From assembly GCA_021800365.1 (NCBI GenBank), contig JAJYZA010000002.1:33187-97186 (forward strand): a stretch of DNA of 64,000 nt. The letters are read 5' to 3'. Positions within the stretch are counted from its first letter, which is position 1; every line of letters begins with the position of its first letter. This stretch comes from Nanobdellota archaeon. GTDB lineage: Archaea > Nanobdellota > Nanobdellia > Parvarchaeales > Parvarchaeaceae. Made by a program: the position numbers and the translations under genes. Shown here piece by piece: positions 46,585-56,148 of this stretch. The notes below the pieces were generated by a model. It did not search any database. It saw only the letters and a program-made list of their open reading frames with translations, and was not told the origin of the DNA.

Positions 46585-47472
46585 ATGATAGGAAAATCAA
46601 GAGGGAATGGTAAATCCACAGCTGGACCAGTGCAGCAGGGGCCTCAACAGCCGGTTCCATTACAAGCTCCTAAAATTTCATTGGATCAAGTATTGAGTTC
46701 AACGAACTTTACAGCATATCAGATGGTTGCTGGTATAATCAAAAACTACGAACAAATGGGAAATCATCCCTCCTTTAATCCAAATGTAGTTGGAAGAGGG
46801 CTTTATAACGCACTAGGAGAGATGCAGGCAGATACTCCGAACAAAGGAGATAAATTAGAATTAGGGTTATTATTAGATGCTTTACAAAAGAATCTTCAGA
46901 ATGGAACATTGACAAAGCAAAGTTTTGAAGCTACACTCGAACATGCAAAAACATTTCTTGGTCCTTATGCCAATAAACTGAAAGGTAATCTTGAAGAGAG
47001 CCATTATAAAGCCATGGTTATGGGGGTGTTAAGAAATCAGGAAATGTTTGGTGGTCTATACGCAACTCTAATCACGCATCCAACCGCTACGAGAGCAGCG
47101 CGGCTGGGAAATATACTTAAAGAGGTAGAGGACAATATAAAAAAACAGGATATATCTTCTATATCGAAATACTATAGTAAACTCATGTCGCCAAACGCGG
47201 TTGCCGATTACGTAAAAAGCGGCAAAACTCCGGAAGAGGCACAGAAAATCGTGGATAGCGGCAAGAAAGCATACGAAAGCCTTATAGGGTCACTAGATGA
47301 TAGAATGAAAACCGAACATCAGAAGGTTATACAACAATTGGTCGCTAACGCTTTCTATATGGAAACGGGTAAAATAGATCTTGGACACATAAAAACGACG
47401 ATGGCCGGGGCATTGCCTCACGACATATTGGCTTTGATGCCGTATGGTAGAAGAAATGAAAGTAGTGAATAA
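46585..47472 (+). CDS. Hypothetical alpha-helical protein.
   Basis: The start is chosen at ATG 46585, 7 nt downstream of an AAAGGAGGT Shine-Dalgarno. The track ORF begins at 46492. Confidence 0.4.
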   Translation: MIGKSRGNGKSTAGPVQQGPQQPVPLQAPKISLDQVLSSTNFTAYQMVAGIIKNYEQMGNHPSFNPNVVGRGLYNALGEMQADTPNKGDKLELGLLLDALQKNLQNGTLTKQSFEATLEHAKTFLGPYANKLKGNLEESHYKAMVMGVLRNQEMFGGLYATLITHPTATRAARLGNILKEVEDNIKKQDISSISKYYSKLMSPNAVADYVKSGKTPEEAQKIVDSGKKAYESLIGSLDDRMKTEHQKVIQQLVANAFYMETGKIDLGHIKTTMAGALPHDILALMPYGRRNESSE

Positions 47473-47640
47473 ATTGTAACCCCCAATTTAAATAAAAGGA
47501 ACTTTTCCCCCGCCTCAATGTAGGGCTTACTTATTTGCATGCATTGAGGCAATCTAATTATAAGTAATAAGCGTCGATAGTCACTAATCTGATTAGCCAG
47601 ATGGATCAAATAAAGTGATATAAAAAGAGTAAAAACCTAG

Positions 47641-48327
47641 TTACTTTAAAAGATAGGGCTCTAAATCTTCTGCATTTATTATAGGCTTATTAACCTTATC
47701 CATCTCATCTATCCCTATTCGCTGGCAAGCGGTATTTATGAAGACATCTATATTATTAAATTCATTGAGTCTAGCGTAACTTATCTCGTCCCCTATTATA
47801 GAGTATATTCTTTTGCCTTTTTCCTCAAGTGCTTTTTTAAGTAGCCTTACACCATATGTCTGACCGGCTTTGGTGGATTCTACAAACATTACATTATTGG
47901 CGCTCAGCGCAAGTCCAATACCTTGCAGTATTCTTTTTTTGTATTTTTCAGCTACTTTTGATTCTATGATAGTTACTGTTTCACTCTCTGGATCTGCGTT
48001 TATTACAGCCTTTCCAAATTTTATTGGAATACCAAGTACATGGAACATCCCCTGTGTGAATGCAAGCGTAGCATCGCAATCAGGGCAATCAGCCGCATAC
48101 ACATCACAGCCAAGTATCTGTCCGGGGTATCTAGCACGGTAATATGATTGTTTTATTACAAACTCTTTTTCAGATACCTTATCTTTGAAATCGTTCATTT
48201 GGTCTATAAATTGTATGGCAGCAACCAGATTTATTTTTTTATATGGCATTATTGCCTTTTTGATTTCAGTGATAAACTTCGTACTTAATTTTTCCCGGTA
48301 CCTACATTCGACAAATAACATCTCCAT
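47641..48327 (-). CDS. Hypothetical protein, possibly Dph2-like (diphthamide synthesis radical-SAM-like fold).
   Basis: It has an AIQFID motif and a Cys-containing GQILGCDVYAADCPDCD segment. Its roughly 228-aa length is shorter than a typical Dph2. Confidence 0.25.
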   Translation of the reverse strand: MEMLFVECRYREKLSTKFITEIKKAIMPYKKINLVAAIQFIDQMNDFKDKVSEKEFVIKQSYYRARYPGQILGCDVYAADCPDCDATLAFTQGMFHVLGIPIKFGKAVINADPESETVTIIESKVAEKYKKRILQGIGLALSANNVMFVESTKAGQTYGVRLLKKALEEKGKRIYSIIGDEISYARLNEFNNIDVFINTACQRIGIDEMDKVNKPIINAEDLEPYLLK

Positions 48328-48386
48328 ATTAGATTACTATTGTAAAAACAACATATATAAATACTAATTGAAAACTAAATCTATCT

Positions 48387-48770
48387 ATGGAGACTAAAAT
48401 AGTAATAAGTGACCCTAAAACAGGTAAAGCATACAGTAAAACTCTATCAACCGACGAGGCACTATCTATATCTGGTAAAAAATTTGGCGAGGAGATAACT
48501 CTTGCGTTTCTTGGTCTTGAAGGCTATTCTGCTATAATTACTGGTGGCAGTTATATGACCGGCACTCCAATGCGAAAGGAAATAGACGGAATAGGTCTAA
48601 AGAAAGTACTTATAAAAAGTGGAGTAGGCAACAAAGAGGGCGTAAGAAGAAGAAAAAGCGTCGCTGGAAATACGCTAAGTCAATTTACTTCGCAGGTAAA
48701 TTTAAAGGTAACAAAATATGGTGAGAAGCCACTGGACGAGTTAATGCCAGCGAAAAAAGATAATGGCTGA
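48387..48770 (+). CDS. rps6e: 30S ribosomal protein S6e.
   Basis: It is 127 aa. The KIVISDPKTGKAY...ITGGSYMTGTPMRKEIDG pattern is typical of S6e. It lies directly upstream of aIF2gamma, which is the conserved archaeal arrangement. Confidence 0.7.
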   Translation: METKIVISDPKTGKAYSKTLSTDEALSISGKKFGEEITLAFLGLEGYSAIITGGSYMTGTPMRKEIDGIGLKKVLIKSGVGNKEGVRRRKSVAGNTLSQFTSQVNLKVTKYGEKPLDELMPAKKDNG

Positions 48771-49956
48771 AGATATAATAATAGACATCATCGGCAGTTT
48801 TGCTGATGGAAAAACAACGCTAGTTCGAGCATTAACAAGTGAGTCTACGCTTAGGCATAGTGAGGAGCGTAAACGTGGCATAACGATCAGATTGGGCTAC
48901 GCTCATTTCTTTATATATAAATGTACTAAATGCGGGGCGTTTAGTCGTCATGAAAAATGTGAGGTTTGCAGTGCAAATGGCGAGCTTTATCGCCGAGTAT
49001 CTATTATAGATTCACCAGGCCATAAAACCTTAATGACGATAATGTTGAGCGGAGCAGCTTTAACTAGCGGCGCAGTACTTGTTATCGCTGCAAATCAGAA
49101 ATGTCCCCAGCCACAGACAGAGGAACATCTCGAAGCTATAAAAATAATGGGTATAAAGAACATAGTTGTTGCGCAGACGAAAATCGATATAGTCGGTGCA
49201 GAGAGGGCAAAGCAGAATTATGCTGAGATAAAGGCGTTCTTGTCAAAAAACGGATTTGATAACGTAAAAATAATACCTGTATTCTCTATTCAGGATATTA
49301 ATATTACAGATTTGGTGCAGGAAATTGCCGGTTTTAAGCAAGAAGAAAAACTTGAAAATAAAACCATGGAGATGCTAGTGGTAAGGAGCTTCGATGTAAA
49401 TAAACCAGGTACAAACATATCTGGATTAAATGGCGGAGTAGTTGGTGGCGGATTGAAAAGTGGAAATATGGCTATTGGCGATAAAATAACAATATACCCC
49501 GGCGTATTTATTAAAAATACTTGGAAGCCAATAAACACAAAGGTCGTCCAGATACAAAGTGAATTCGGGATGGAAACCAAAGTAGGGCCCGGTTTAACCA
49601 TAGGGGTAAAAACCAATCTAGATCCCGCACTAAGTAGAAGAGATAACCTAGCTGGAAGCTTAGTTACGGCCAGAGATTCGCCGCCGATGTTTAAGAATAG
49701 TATAAACGTAAAATATTCACCAATGCTCGAGAAAGAAAAGGCTATCTTTAAAAGGTCTATCCAGAAGAATGAGACTATCTTAGTAAATGTTTTAGCATCA
49801 AAAATTTTAGGTACGGTGTCTTCGCTTTCAAATGAAAAACTAACAGTAACCTTTGCAAATGCACAACTTGCATATTATCTCGGCGATAAGGCAATAATAT
49901 CTAGAAAAATAGAGAATGTATGGAGTTTAGCTGGATTTGGGATAATTTATGATTAG
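48763..49956 (+). CDS. eif2g: Translation initiation factor 2 gamma subunit (divergent).
   Basis: It has GSFADGKTT (G1), a zinc-ribbon insert CTKCGAFSRHEKCEVC, DSPGH (G3) and AQTKIDI (a G4 with Thr in place of Asn). EF-Tu-like beta-barrel domains 2 and 3 follow. Confidence 0.65.
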   Translation: MAEDIIIDIIGSFADGKTTLVRALTSESTLRHSEERKRGITIRLGYAHFFIYKCTKCGAFSRHEKCEVCSANGELYRRVSIIDSPGHKTLMTIMLSGAALTSGAVLVIAANQKCPQPQTEEHLEAIKIMGIKNIVVAQTKIDIVGAERAKQNYAEIKAFLSKNGFDNVKIIPVFSIQDINITDLVQEIAGFKQEEKLENKTMEMLVVRSFDVNKPGTNISGLNGGVVGGGLKSGNMAIGDKITIYPGVFIKNTWKPINTKVVQIQSEFGMETKVGPGLTIGVKTNLDPALSRRDNLAGSLVTARDSPPMFKNSINVKYSPMLEKEKAIFKRSIQKNETILVNVLASKILGTVSSLSNEKLTVTFANAQLAYYLGDKAIISRKIENVWSLAGFGIIYD

Positions 49957-50308
49957 TGTACTGATAGATACGAATTTTTTAATTTACTCATTCGATAAAA
50001 AAAACGATTTAAGGAGAATATTTGATGAATCTGTAACAGATTCTTACGCGCTTATTACTTTAGACAAATGTATTGGTGAGTTAAACCGTTTAAAACGGAA
50101 GGACGTTATATCTTGGTGTAAACTTGTTGGTATAAAAATTCTATCCTCACCCCCCTATGGAAAAACAGATTTTCTTCTAATTGAAGTCGCTAAGAAATAT
50201 GGTTATTATCTTCTAAGTAGTGATCGTGCGTTATTACAACAGGCAAAATCAAAAAGTATAAAGACACTTAGTGTAGGCGGCAGAGGTATAAAATTTTCCA
50301 CAAACTAG
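49949..50308 (+). CDS. PIN-domain protein (Fcf1/Utp24-like, COG1412).
   Basis: It is 119 aa with a VLIDTNFLIYS N-terminal PIN motif. It sits at the conserved position after aIF2gamma. Confidence 0.5.
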   Translation: MISVLIDTNFLIYSFDKKNDLRRIFDESVTDSYALITLDKCIGELNRLKRKDVISWCKLVGIKILSSPPYGKTDFLLIEVAKKYGYYLLSSDRALLQQAKSKSIKTLSVGGRGIKFSTN

Positions 50309-50376
50309 TTTTCATGTGCCAGTGACATTATTAAACTTCTTAAATAGGCTTATAAAAGATAGTTACTAAACAAAAA

Positions 50377-51117
50377 TTATTCTTTAGGGGAAGTAATTTT
50401 CTTTTTTGCAACTTCGAATATCTTGATTTGTACTAAGTCTTTCCAGATACTAGTTATATTTTCAATGTTTGCGAATAATTGATGTTCGTGTAATTTTTGT
50501 GGGAGAAGTAGGAAAACTACATTTGCAATTTTAAGGGAAATAATGTGCTTAACAAAATTAAAAGAAGTGAAGGTTTTTATGCTGTCGCTTATGAATTTAG
50601 AAGGGCATACCCTAGGGAAGTGCTGGTAAATCAAAACAGAATATCCGGCCGTATAAGCAGTTTCAATTTCAGCGCGGGAAATATACTTTGATGAGCCCTT
50701 ATTGCCGATTTTTACTGATTTTACACTCAATCCATTATCCGGGTCAAAGAAAACTAGATCAGAGCCTTTTGCTAACTTGAAGAATTTTTCAAAATAGGTT
50801 GCTCTAGATTCACTAGAGTCTCTTAATATCTCATTGAAGAAAGAACAGTTTCGAAGGATATTTCCTTTTTGTATAACTTGTACTTTTCTCACTTTTCGCC
50901 CAAGTAAGCTTTTCTTTAGATGCTCAAATATTATTGGATCATAATCTCTCCAAATCTCTGGTTGTTTAAGATACCCTGTCTTCCCTCCCTTAGATCCATC
51001 GTCGTTATTAGTCATCATCCAGCAAATCGTTGTTTTAAGCTTTCCATTTCCCGTTAGTAACTTTATTAGACTATACTTTTTGTAATCGATTATGTCGCCA
51101 AAATACTGATCTTTCAT
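50377..51117 (-). CDS. Hypothetical protein (246 aa), family not recognised.
   Basis: The ORF contains YFGDIIDYKKYSLIKLL and LVFFDPDNGL motifs. It is encoded opposite to the flanking conserved genes. Confidence 0.4.
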   Translation of the reverse strand: MKDQYFGDIIDYKKYSLIKLLTGNGKLKTTICWMMTNNDDGSKGGKTGYLKQPEIWRDYDPIIFEHLKKSLLGRKVRKVQVIQKGNILRNCSFFNEILRDSSESRATYFEKFFKLAKGSDLVFFDPDNGLSVKSVKIGNKGSSKYISRAEIETAYTAGYSVLIYQHFPRVCPSKFISDSIKTFTSFNFVKHIISLKIANVVFLLLPQKLHEHQLFANIENITSIWKDLVQIKIFEVAKKKITSPKE

Positions 51118-51182
51118 AGAATAATTGGTTTAGCATTTATACAATAAAACATTTAAATATTTGGCTATTCAATCAATAACGG

Positions 51183-51452
51183 ATGGAAAACGACGTTGTT
51201 TTCGTTGGCAAGAAACCGATAATGGCATATGTGCTTGCCATACTTACGCATCTAAATTCTGGCCATGACGCAGTATTCATAAAGGCACGAGGCTCAATGA
51301 TTAGTAAGGCCGTTGATATATCTCAAGTAGTCAAAAGGAAGTTTTCAAAGGATTTAAAAATTAGTAACATAGAAATAGGTACCGAAGAGATTAAAACCGA
51401 AGAAAATAAACATAGAGATGTATCTTTTATCTCTGTTGAAATGAAGAGGTAA
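51183..51452 (+). CDS. alba: Alba (Sso10b) DNA/RNA-binding protein.
   Basis: NDVVFVGKKPIMAYVLAILTHLNSGHDAVFIKARGSMISKAVDISQVV matches the Alba consensus (N.V.IGKKPVMNYV.A..T.LN.G..E..IKARGRAISKAVD). It is 89 aa. Confidence 0.75.
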   Translation: MENDVVFVGKKPIMAYVLAILTHLNSGHDAVFIKARGSMISKAVDISQVVKRKFSKDLKISNIEIGTEEIKTEENKHRDVSFISVEMKR

Positions 51453-51454
51453 TA

Positions 51455-52102
51455 ATGATAAATAACGGCGATTTTGTTCTTATAAACTTTGTCGGTAGGA
51501 TAAAATCCTCAGGTAAAATTTTTGACCTCACAAAAAAAGAAGTAGCTGAACAAGAGGGTTTGAGTGGCGAAAATTTTACTTTTAAGCCGGTTTTAGTAAT
51601 CCCGGATTCTAATTACGTGCTTAAGGCAGTAGCTTCTTCTCTTATTGGCAAAAATGTTGATGATAAGTATACTTTAGAGGTAAAGGCAGAGGATGCATTT
51701 GGGAAATTCGATCCAAAACTTGTGAAGACTGTCGGATTAGCATCGTTTAGACAAAATGGAATCAATCCTTCGGTTGGTGATGTTATAATGTTGGATAATA
51801 AGATAGCTACGGTTTTATCTGTAAACGGCGGCCGGGTAATGATTAGTTTTAATAATCCCCTCGCAGGAAAAGATTTAGTCTATGAGATTGAAATAGTAAA
51901 GACAATAGAAGATACAAAGGAACGCTGTTCATACATATTTGAACACTATGTAGGTAAACCGCCAGACGAACTTACATTAGAAGTGAATGTTGTATCAATA
52001 CGTTACAAAATAGATTTGAAGCAATATATAATTGATGCGATAATCGCCGACATAAATAAATACGTAGGTAAGGAATTAAAGACAGAGTTTGTTAAGTCAT
52101 AA
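51455..52102 (+). CDS. FKBP-type peptidyl-prolyl cis-trans isomerase (archaeal long FKBP/SlyD-like).
   Basis: GDFVLINFVGRIKSSGKIFDLT matches the FKBP signature. An insert-in-flap/chaperone domain follows. It is 215 aa long. Confidence 0.65.
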   Translation: MINNGDFVLINFVGRIKSSGKIFDLTKKEVAEQEGLSGENFTFKPVLVIPDSNYVLKAVASSLIGKNVDDKYTLEVKAEDAFGKFDPKLVKTVGLASFRQNGINPSVGDVIMLDNKIATVLSVNGGRVMISFNNPLAGKDLVYEIEIVKTIEDTKERCSYIFEHYVGKPPDELTLEVNVVSIRYKIDLKQYIIDAIIADINKYVGKELKTEFVKS

Positions 52103-52161
52103 CTCGGTATACGAATATTTAAATATCACTGAAAACAAACAATTAATTGGCATAGTATAAT

Positions 52162-53292
52162 ATGAATGCAGACTTTGTGGGTGGAAACGTATCCGGTCAG
52201 GGTGTTAAGAATGCTAATTTTGATTCTAGTAAAACGAAAGAATACGATAAACTTTTAGAAGAGATGCTTACTTCAAAGAGGACCAGTATAAAAGTAGTCG
52301 GTGTGGGTGGTTCAGGTAATAATACTCTTACACGGATGGCCGAGGTGGGCATAAAAGGTGCAGAACTTATAGCTATAAACACCGACGCGGCGGATCTTCT
52401 TTGTACTCCGGCGGATAAAAAAATACTTATTGGAAAAGAGCTTACGAATGGACTCGGCGCCGGTGCGGATCCTTCCGTAGGCGAAGCCGCAGCAAAGGAA
52501 CAAGAACAAGAAATAAAAGAATACTTACAGGGATCAGATATGGTTTTTATCTGCTGTGGTATGGGTGGCGGAACTGGGACTGGTGCAGCGCCAGTAGTTG
52601 CACAAGTCGCAAAGAAACTCAATACATTGACTATTGCGGTTGTAACGGTGCCTTTTAAGGCAGAAGGTAAGCGTAGGATGGCACAAGCGATGGCCGGGAT
52701 AGAAAAACTAAAAGCTTCCGTTGATACGCTAATAACCGTACCAAATGAAAAACTACTTGCAATAGCACCCGGACTTCCATTGCCGATAGCATTAAAGATA
52801 GCAGATGACGTATTAACCAACGCTGTAAAAGGAATAACAGAACTCATCACAAAAGCCGGCTTAATAAACGTAGATTTCGCGGACGTAAAGAGAATAATGT
52901 CTAATGGTGGCGTTGCTCTTATAGGCAGCGGTGAAAGTGATGCCAAAGACAAGAAGCTGGAAACCGTAGTAGATAAAATACTGAATAACCCACTAATAGA
53001 TGTTGACGTTTCTACGGCAAGAGGCATGTTGATTGATATCAGTGGCGGCACATCCCTTACATTGGAGGAGGCTAATAAGGTAGTTGAGATAATTGGTTCA
53101 AAATTGCCTGAAGATATAAATATAATCTGGGGAGCGCATATATTCCCAGATCTTAAGAATACAATAAAGGCATTAGCTATAATAACCGGAGTGACTTCTC
53201 GACAGATAACTGGTAAGTCAATAAAAGAAGAGAAAGAGGCAAAAGAGCGCGAAGAAGTTGAAGAGGAACTCGGTATAACTTTCTTAAGTTAG
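52162..53292 (+). CDS. ftsZ: Cell division GTPase FtsZ (paralog 2).
   Basis: It has GGGTGTGAAPVVA and VVGVGGSGNN motifs. It is 376 aa with an acidic C-terminal tail. Confidence 0.85.
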   Translation: MNADFVGGNVSGQGVKNANFDSSKTKEYDKLLEEMLTSKRTSIKVVGVGGSGNNTLTRMAEVGIKGAELIAINTDAADLLCTPADKKILIGKELTNGLGAGADPSVGEAAAKEQEQEIKEYLQGSDMVFICCGMGGGTGTGAAPVVAQVAKKLNTLTIAVVTVPFKAEGKRRMAQAMAGIEKLKASVDTLITVPNEKLLAIAPGLPLPIALKIADDVLTNAVKGITELITKAGLINVDFADVKRIMSNGGVALIGSGESDAKDKKLETVVDKILNNPLIDVDVSTARGMLIDISGGTSLTLEEANKVVEIIGSKLPEDINIIWGAHIFPDLKNTIKALAIITGVTSRQITGKSIKEEKEAKEREEVEEELGITFLS

Positions 53293-53305
53293 GAGACGCC
53301 CCTAC

Positions 53306-53791
53306 ATGGATGAGAAGAAAAGCCTAGCTGATGCAAATAAAGATTCTGATGTGAATAAAGATAAAAATACAACCGTTAAAGAAGAAGTGCTGCATGATTC
53401 CAAAGTTAAAGCGGATATCGAAAAAGAAGCCGAAGAAACAAAAGAAAAACCAGCAACAGCCTCAGTTGAAACGAAATCACGAGTCGAAATGAAAGTAAAT
53501 GAAATAGCACAAAAAAGTGAGAAGCAAAAAGAACAACCGCATCTAGAACAAGTTAAGCACCGCGGTAACTCACACACACTATCTAAAATCGTAAGGAAGA
53601 TAACCTCGTTTAGACCACATCACGTAAAGGAAAAAATAGCACATTACTGGACGGAATATTCTCGCGTTCTTCGTTTATCTCGAAAACCAACTAGAACGGA
53701 ATACAGAGAACTTGCGATAATGGTCATAGTTGGAACGGCTATAATAGGCGCAATAGGTTTCGTCGTGCAGATCATAATGCAATTTATTTGA
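53306..53791 (+). CDS. secE: Protein translocase subunit SecE (Sec61 gamma) with a long Lys/Glu-rich N-terminal extension. The true start is uncertain.
   Basis: The C-terminal 60 aa (WTEYSRVLRLSRKPTRTEYRELAIMVIVGTAIIGAIGFVVQIIM) match the SecE amphipathic helix plus TM. It is the conserved ftsZ neighbour in archaea. Confidence 0.5.
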   Translation: MDEKKSLADANKDSDVNKDKNTTVKEEVLHDSKVKADIEKEAEETKEKPATASVETKSRVEMKVNEIAQKSEKQKEQPHLEQVKHRGNSHTLSKIVRKITSFRPHHVKEKIAHYWTEYSRVLRLSRKPTRTEYRELAIMVIVGTAIIGAIGFVVQIIMQFI

Positions 53792-53801
53792 ATTGTAATT
53801 T

Positions 53802-54182
53802 ATGAAGCTGGCATACTTATCAATTAAAACTTTATTAGAGCATGAGGAAATAGACAGAGGGCGCGTAGAAGAAATAATTAAAACCCTCCACAAACAAAAA
53901 TTTATTCCTATAGTCGTTACCAAAATACCAAATAAAAATAAATACGTAATTTTGGATGGACACCATAGATTTAATGCAGTTAAATCAGAAGGCACGAAAT
54001 CAATTCCATGCATAATAGTAAAATATAATACAGTAAACTTAGGATACTGGCGCAAAGAATATTCATATCTTAAAAAGGAAGACATTATAAGCAGTGCGCT
54101 CAGCGGCAAAAAATTTCCTAAAAAAACCACGCGCCACAAGTTTTTATTCAATCCGCAGGATTATGGTGTAGATATGCTCTAA
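53802..54182 (+). CDS. ParB/sulfiredoxin-like nuclease domain protein.
   Basis: It has a VILDGHHRFNA (DGHHR) motif characteristic of the ParB N-terminal/Srx fold. It is 126 aa long. Confidence 0.45.
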   Translation: MKLAYLSIKTLLEHEEIDRGRVEEIIKTLHKQKFIPIVVTKIPNKNKYVILDGHHRFNAVKSEGTKSIPCIIVKYNTVNLGYWRKEYSYLKKEDIISSALSGKKFPKKTTRHKFLFNPQDYGVDML

Positions 54183-54509
54183 ACAGAAATGATTATTTAC
54201 CGTTTAAAGAATAATCGTAAACTTTTAAAATTTCGTTATGTCTTCCCTTAAAGAGATTTAGAAAAACCGTCAGAAAAGATCACATCTGCATAATTTTTGA
54301 GGTATTTTTATCCTTTTATATCCTTTTGTTTATGTTAAATTTTTAATGATAGCTTAAAGAACGGGAGTTAATAATAATTATTATGGCTTTTGTAGTATTG
54401 CCTGCTTTTTTTAGAGCGGGGTCAGGCTCTAAGATGTTAGCTAAAAAGTTAAATATTTATAAAGATAACTAAATCTTAAATAACCAGCATTAACAAGGCG
54501 ATAGATTAA

Positions 54510-55001
54510 ATGGTAAATAAAATAAAGATAAGTATAACTCTCAACGATACTTTGATGCGTCTTATAGACCTGATTCGTGGGGACATACCTAGAAGCAAGT
54601 TTATAGAAAATTACTTAAAAGGGAGTATTGGTATCTTTGAGGCAATCTGGATATACGGAGATGAATTAGATAAAATTACAAAAAAAGAATTCTTATATTC
54701 TCACATTTCCCAGCCATTGGTAAAACCACTACATAGGTATGAGGGATTTATAGATATTAACAAGGAATCGCTAGATTTTTATGATGTCACTCTAGAAAAG
54801 CTTTTCTCAGTTCCTAAACAGGATATAAAGTCGTTTAAAGTTTGCTACGACAAACGCTTCAGACGCTTATTGCATTCTAGAGGCGCAAATCCGCCGATGC
54901 ATTTCTCGTTCGATAAACGTACAATTTATCTATTTACTAGACCAATTGGGGGCATCGTTTTCAAGGGCAACAATGATGCTATTTCAAGGGCGCTGATTTA
55001 A
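54510..55001 (+). CDS. Hypothetical protein.
   Basis: It is a 163-aa ORF. Confidence 0.3.
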   Translation: MVNKIKISITLNDTLMRLIDLIRGDIPRSKFIENYLKGSIGIFEAIWIYGDELDKITKKEFLYSHISQPLVKPLHRYEGFIDINKESLDFYDVTLEKLFSVPKQDIKSFKVCYDKRFRRLLHSRGANPPMHFSFDKRTIYLFTRPIGGIVFKGNNDAISRALI

Positions 55002-55026
55002 TCTTACTTATAAATATAAACAAAGA

Positions 55027-55476
55027 ATGTATCTATTAACTATGGAGAAGAAGCAAAATGAGGCGGTTAGCAAACGTTATTTGCGCGATTATCCATATAA
55101 TGAAAGAAAATGGCGTTTTGAAGACGGGCAACCCATAATGGTGTTATTCTCCCTTATTTGGGGCATATTTGTACTCCTCATAATTGTAACTATCATCTCA
55201 GGCATTTTGGCTTATGTAATCGGCATCGCGCCAACGTGGTTATCGAGTGCATGGGCCGGATGGGGATTTTTATGGGTAGTGGTTGTGATACTGTTTATTT
55301 TTTCTAGGCGCCATTTTAGGTCATGGCTTTGTGTGCGCGGAGATCTATGGTCCGGTAAAGGCCACGAACTTGAAAACATGGCGATACGGCGAGCGAAATT
55401 ACGTCTTGCAGAGGGTGAAATCTCTTTAATAGAATACAAGAAAATAATAAAAGAAATAAGACGGGAAATTAAGTAA
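55027..55476 (+). CDS. Membrane protein with a C-terminal SHOCT-like domain.
   Basis: It has two TM helices. The C terminus carries ISLIEYKKIIKEIRREIK, typical of the short C-terminal SHOCT motif. Confidence 0.4.
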   Translation: MYLLTMEKKQNEAVSKRYLRDYPYNERKWRFEDGQPIMVLFSLIWGIFVLLIIVTIISGILAYVIGIAPTWLSSAWAGWGFLWVVVVILFIFSRRHFRSWLCVRGDLWSGKGHELENMAIRRAKLRLAEGEISLIEYKKIIKEIRREIK

Positions 55477-55581
55477 GGTTTAGGGTTAGACAGGATTAGC
55501 GACTTTCTTGTAAAAGCCTTTCAAATACAGGTGATATTTAGTTAAAGCAAAGTTTAAATATTTCATAAGAATATTACCCAC

Positions 55582-56148
55582 ATGAGTAATTTTAAGCTAG
55601 TAGGGATTTGTGGAAGTCTTCGGAAGGAGTCCTTTAACAAGATAATACTCAATACTGTAAATGAACTTTTGTCAAAGGGAATAGATTTCGAAGTATTAAA
55701 TCTTGCAAGTATCCCCTTGTATAATCAAGATTTGGAAATAAACCTCCCAGAAGCAGTCTTAATCTTTAAGAAAAAAATAAAAGAAGCAGACGCAATCCTA
55801 ATAGCAACACCCGAGTACAACAGATCAATTCCCGGCGTATTAAAAAACGCTATAGACTGGGCGTCTAGACCGTATGGAAATAATTCTTTCGACGATAAGC
55901 CTGTTGCAACCATTGGAGCTACTGGAGGGGGAGTAGTAGGCACATCAGCCGCCCAATACCACCTTAGGCAAATCTTTTCATTCTTAAATGCACATCCATT
56001 GGAAAAGCCACAGGTATTTATAACTAACGCCACCAACAAAATAAAGGATAGCGTATTTGTGGATGAAGAAACAAGAAAGCTAATAAAAGATCTTCTAGAG
56101 AAACTTGTTATCTGGGCAGGCAGGCTAAATCCCAAAATAAATAACTAA
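55582..56148 (+). CDS. NAD(P)H-dependent FMN reductase (flavodoxin-like fold).
   Basis: The FKLVGICGSLRKESFNKI N terminus matches the SsuE/ArsH/NADPH-FMN reductase family. It is 188 aa long. Confidence 0.6.
   Translation: MSNFKLVGICGSLRKESFNKIILNTVNELLSKGIDFEVLNLASIPLYNQDLEINLPEAVLIFKKKIKEADAILIATPEYNRSIPGVLKNAIDWASRPYGNNSFDDKPVATIGATGGGVVGTSAAQYHLRQIFSFLNAHPLEKPQVFITNATNKIKDSVFVDEETRKLIKDLLEKLVIWAGRLNPKINN

Noticed and set aside
47641-48327. A confident Dph2 assignment.
   Set aside because: The protein is about 100 aa shorter than archaeal Dph2, and only loose motif resemblance was seen. It is kept as a low-confidence annotation only.
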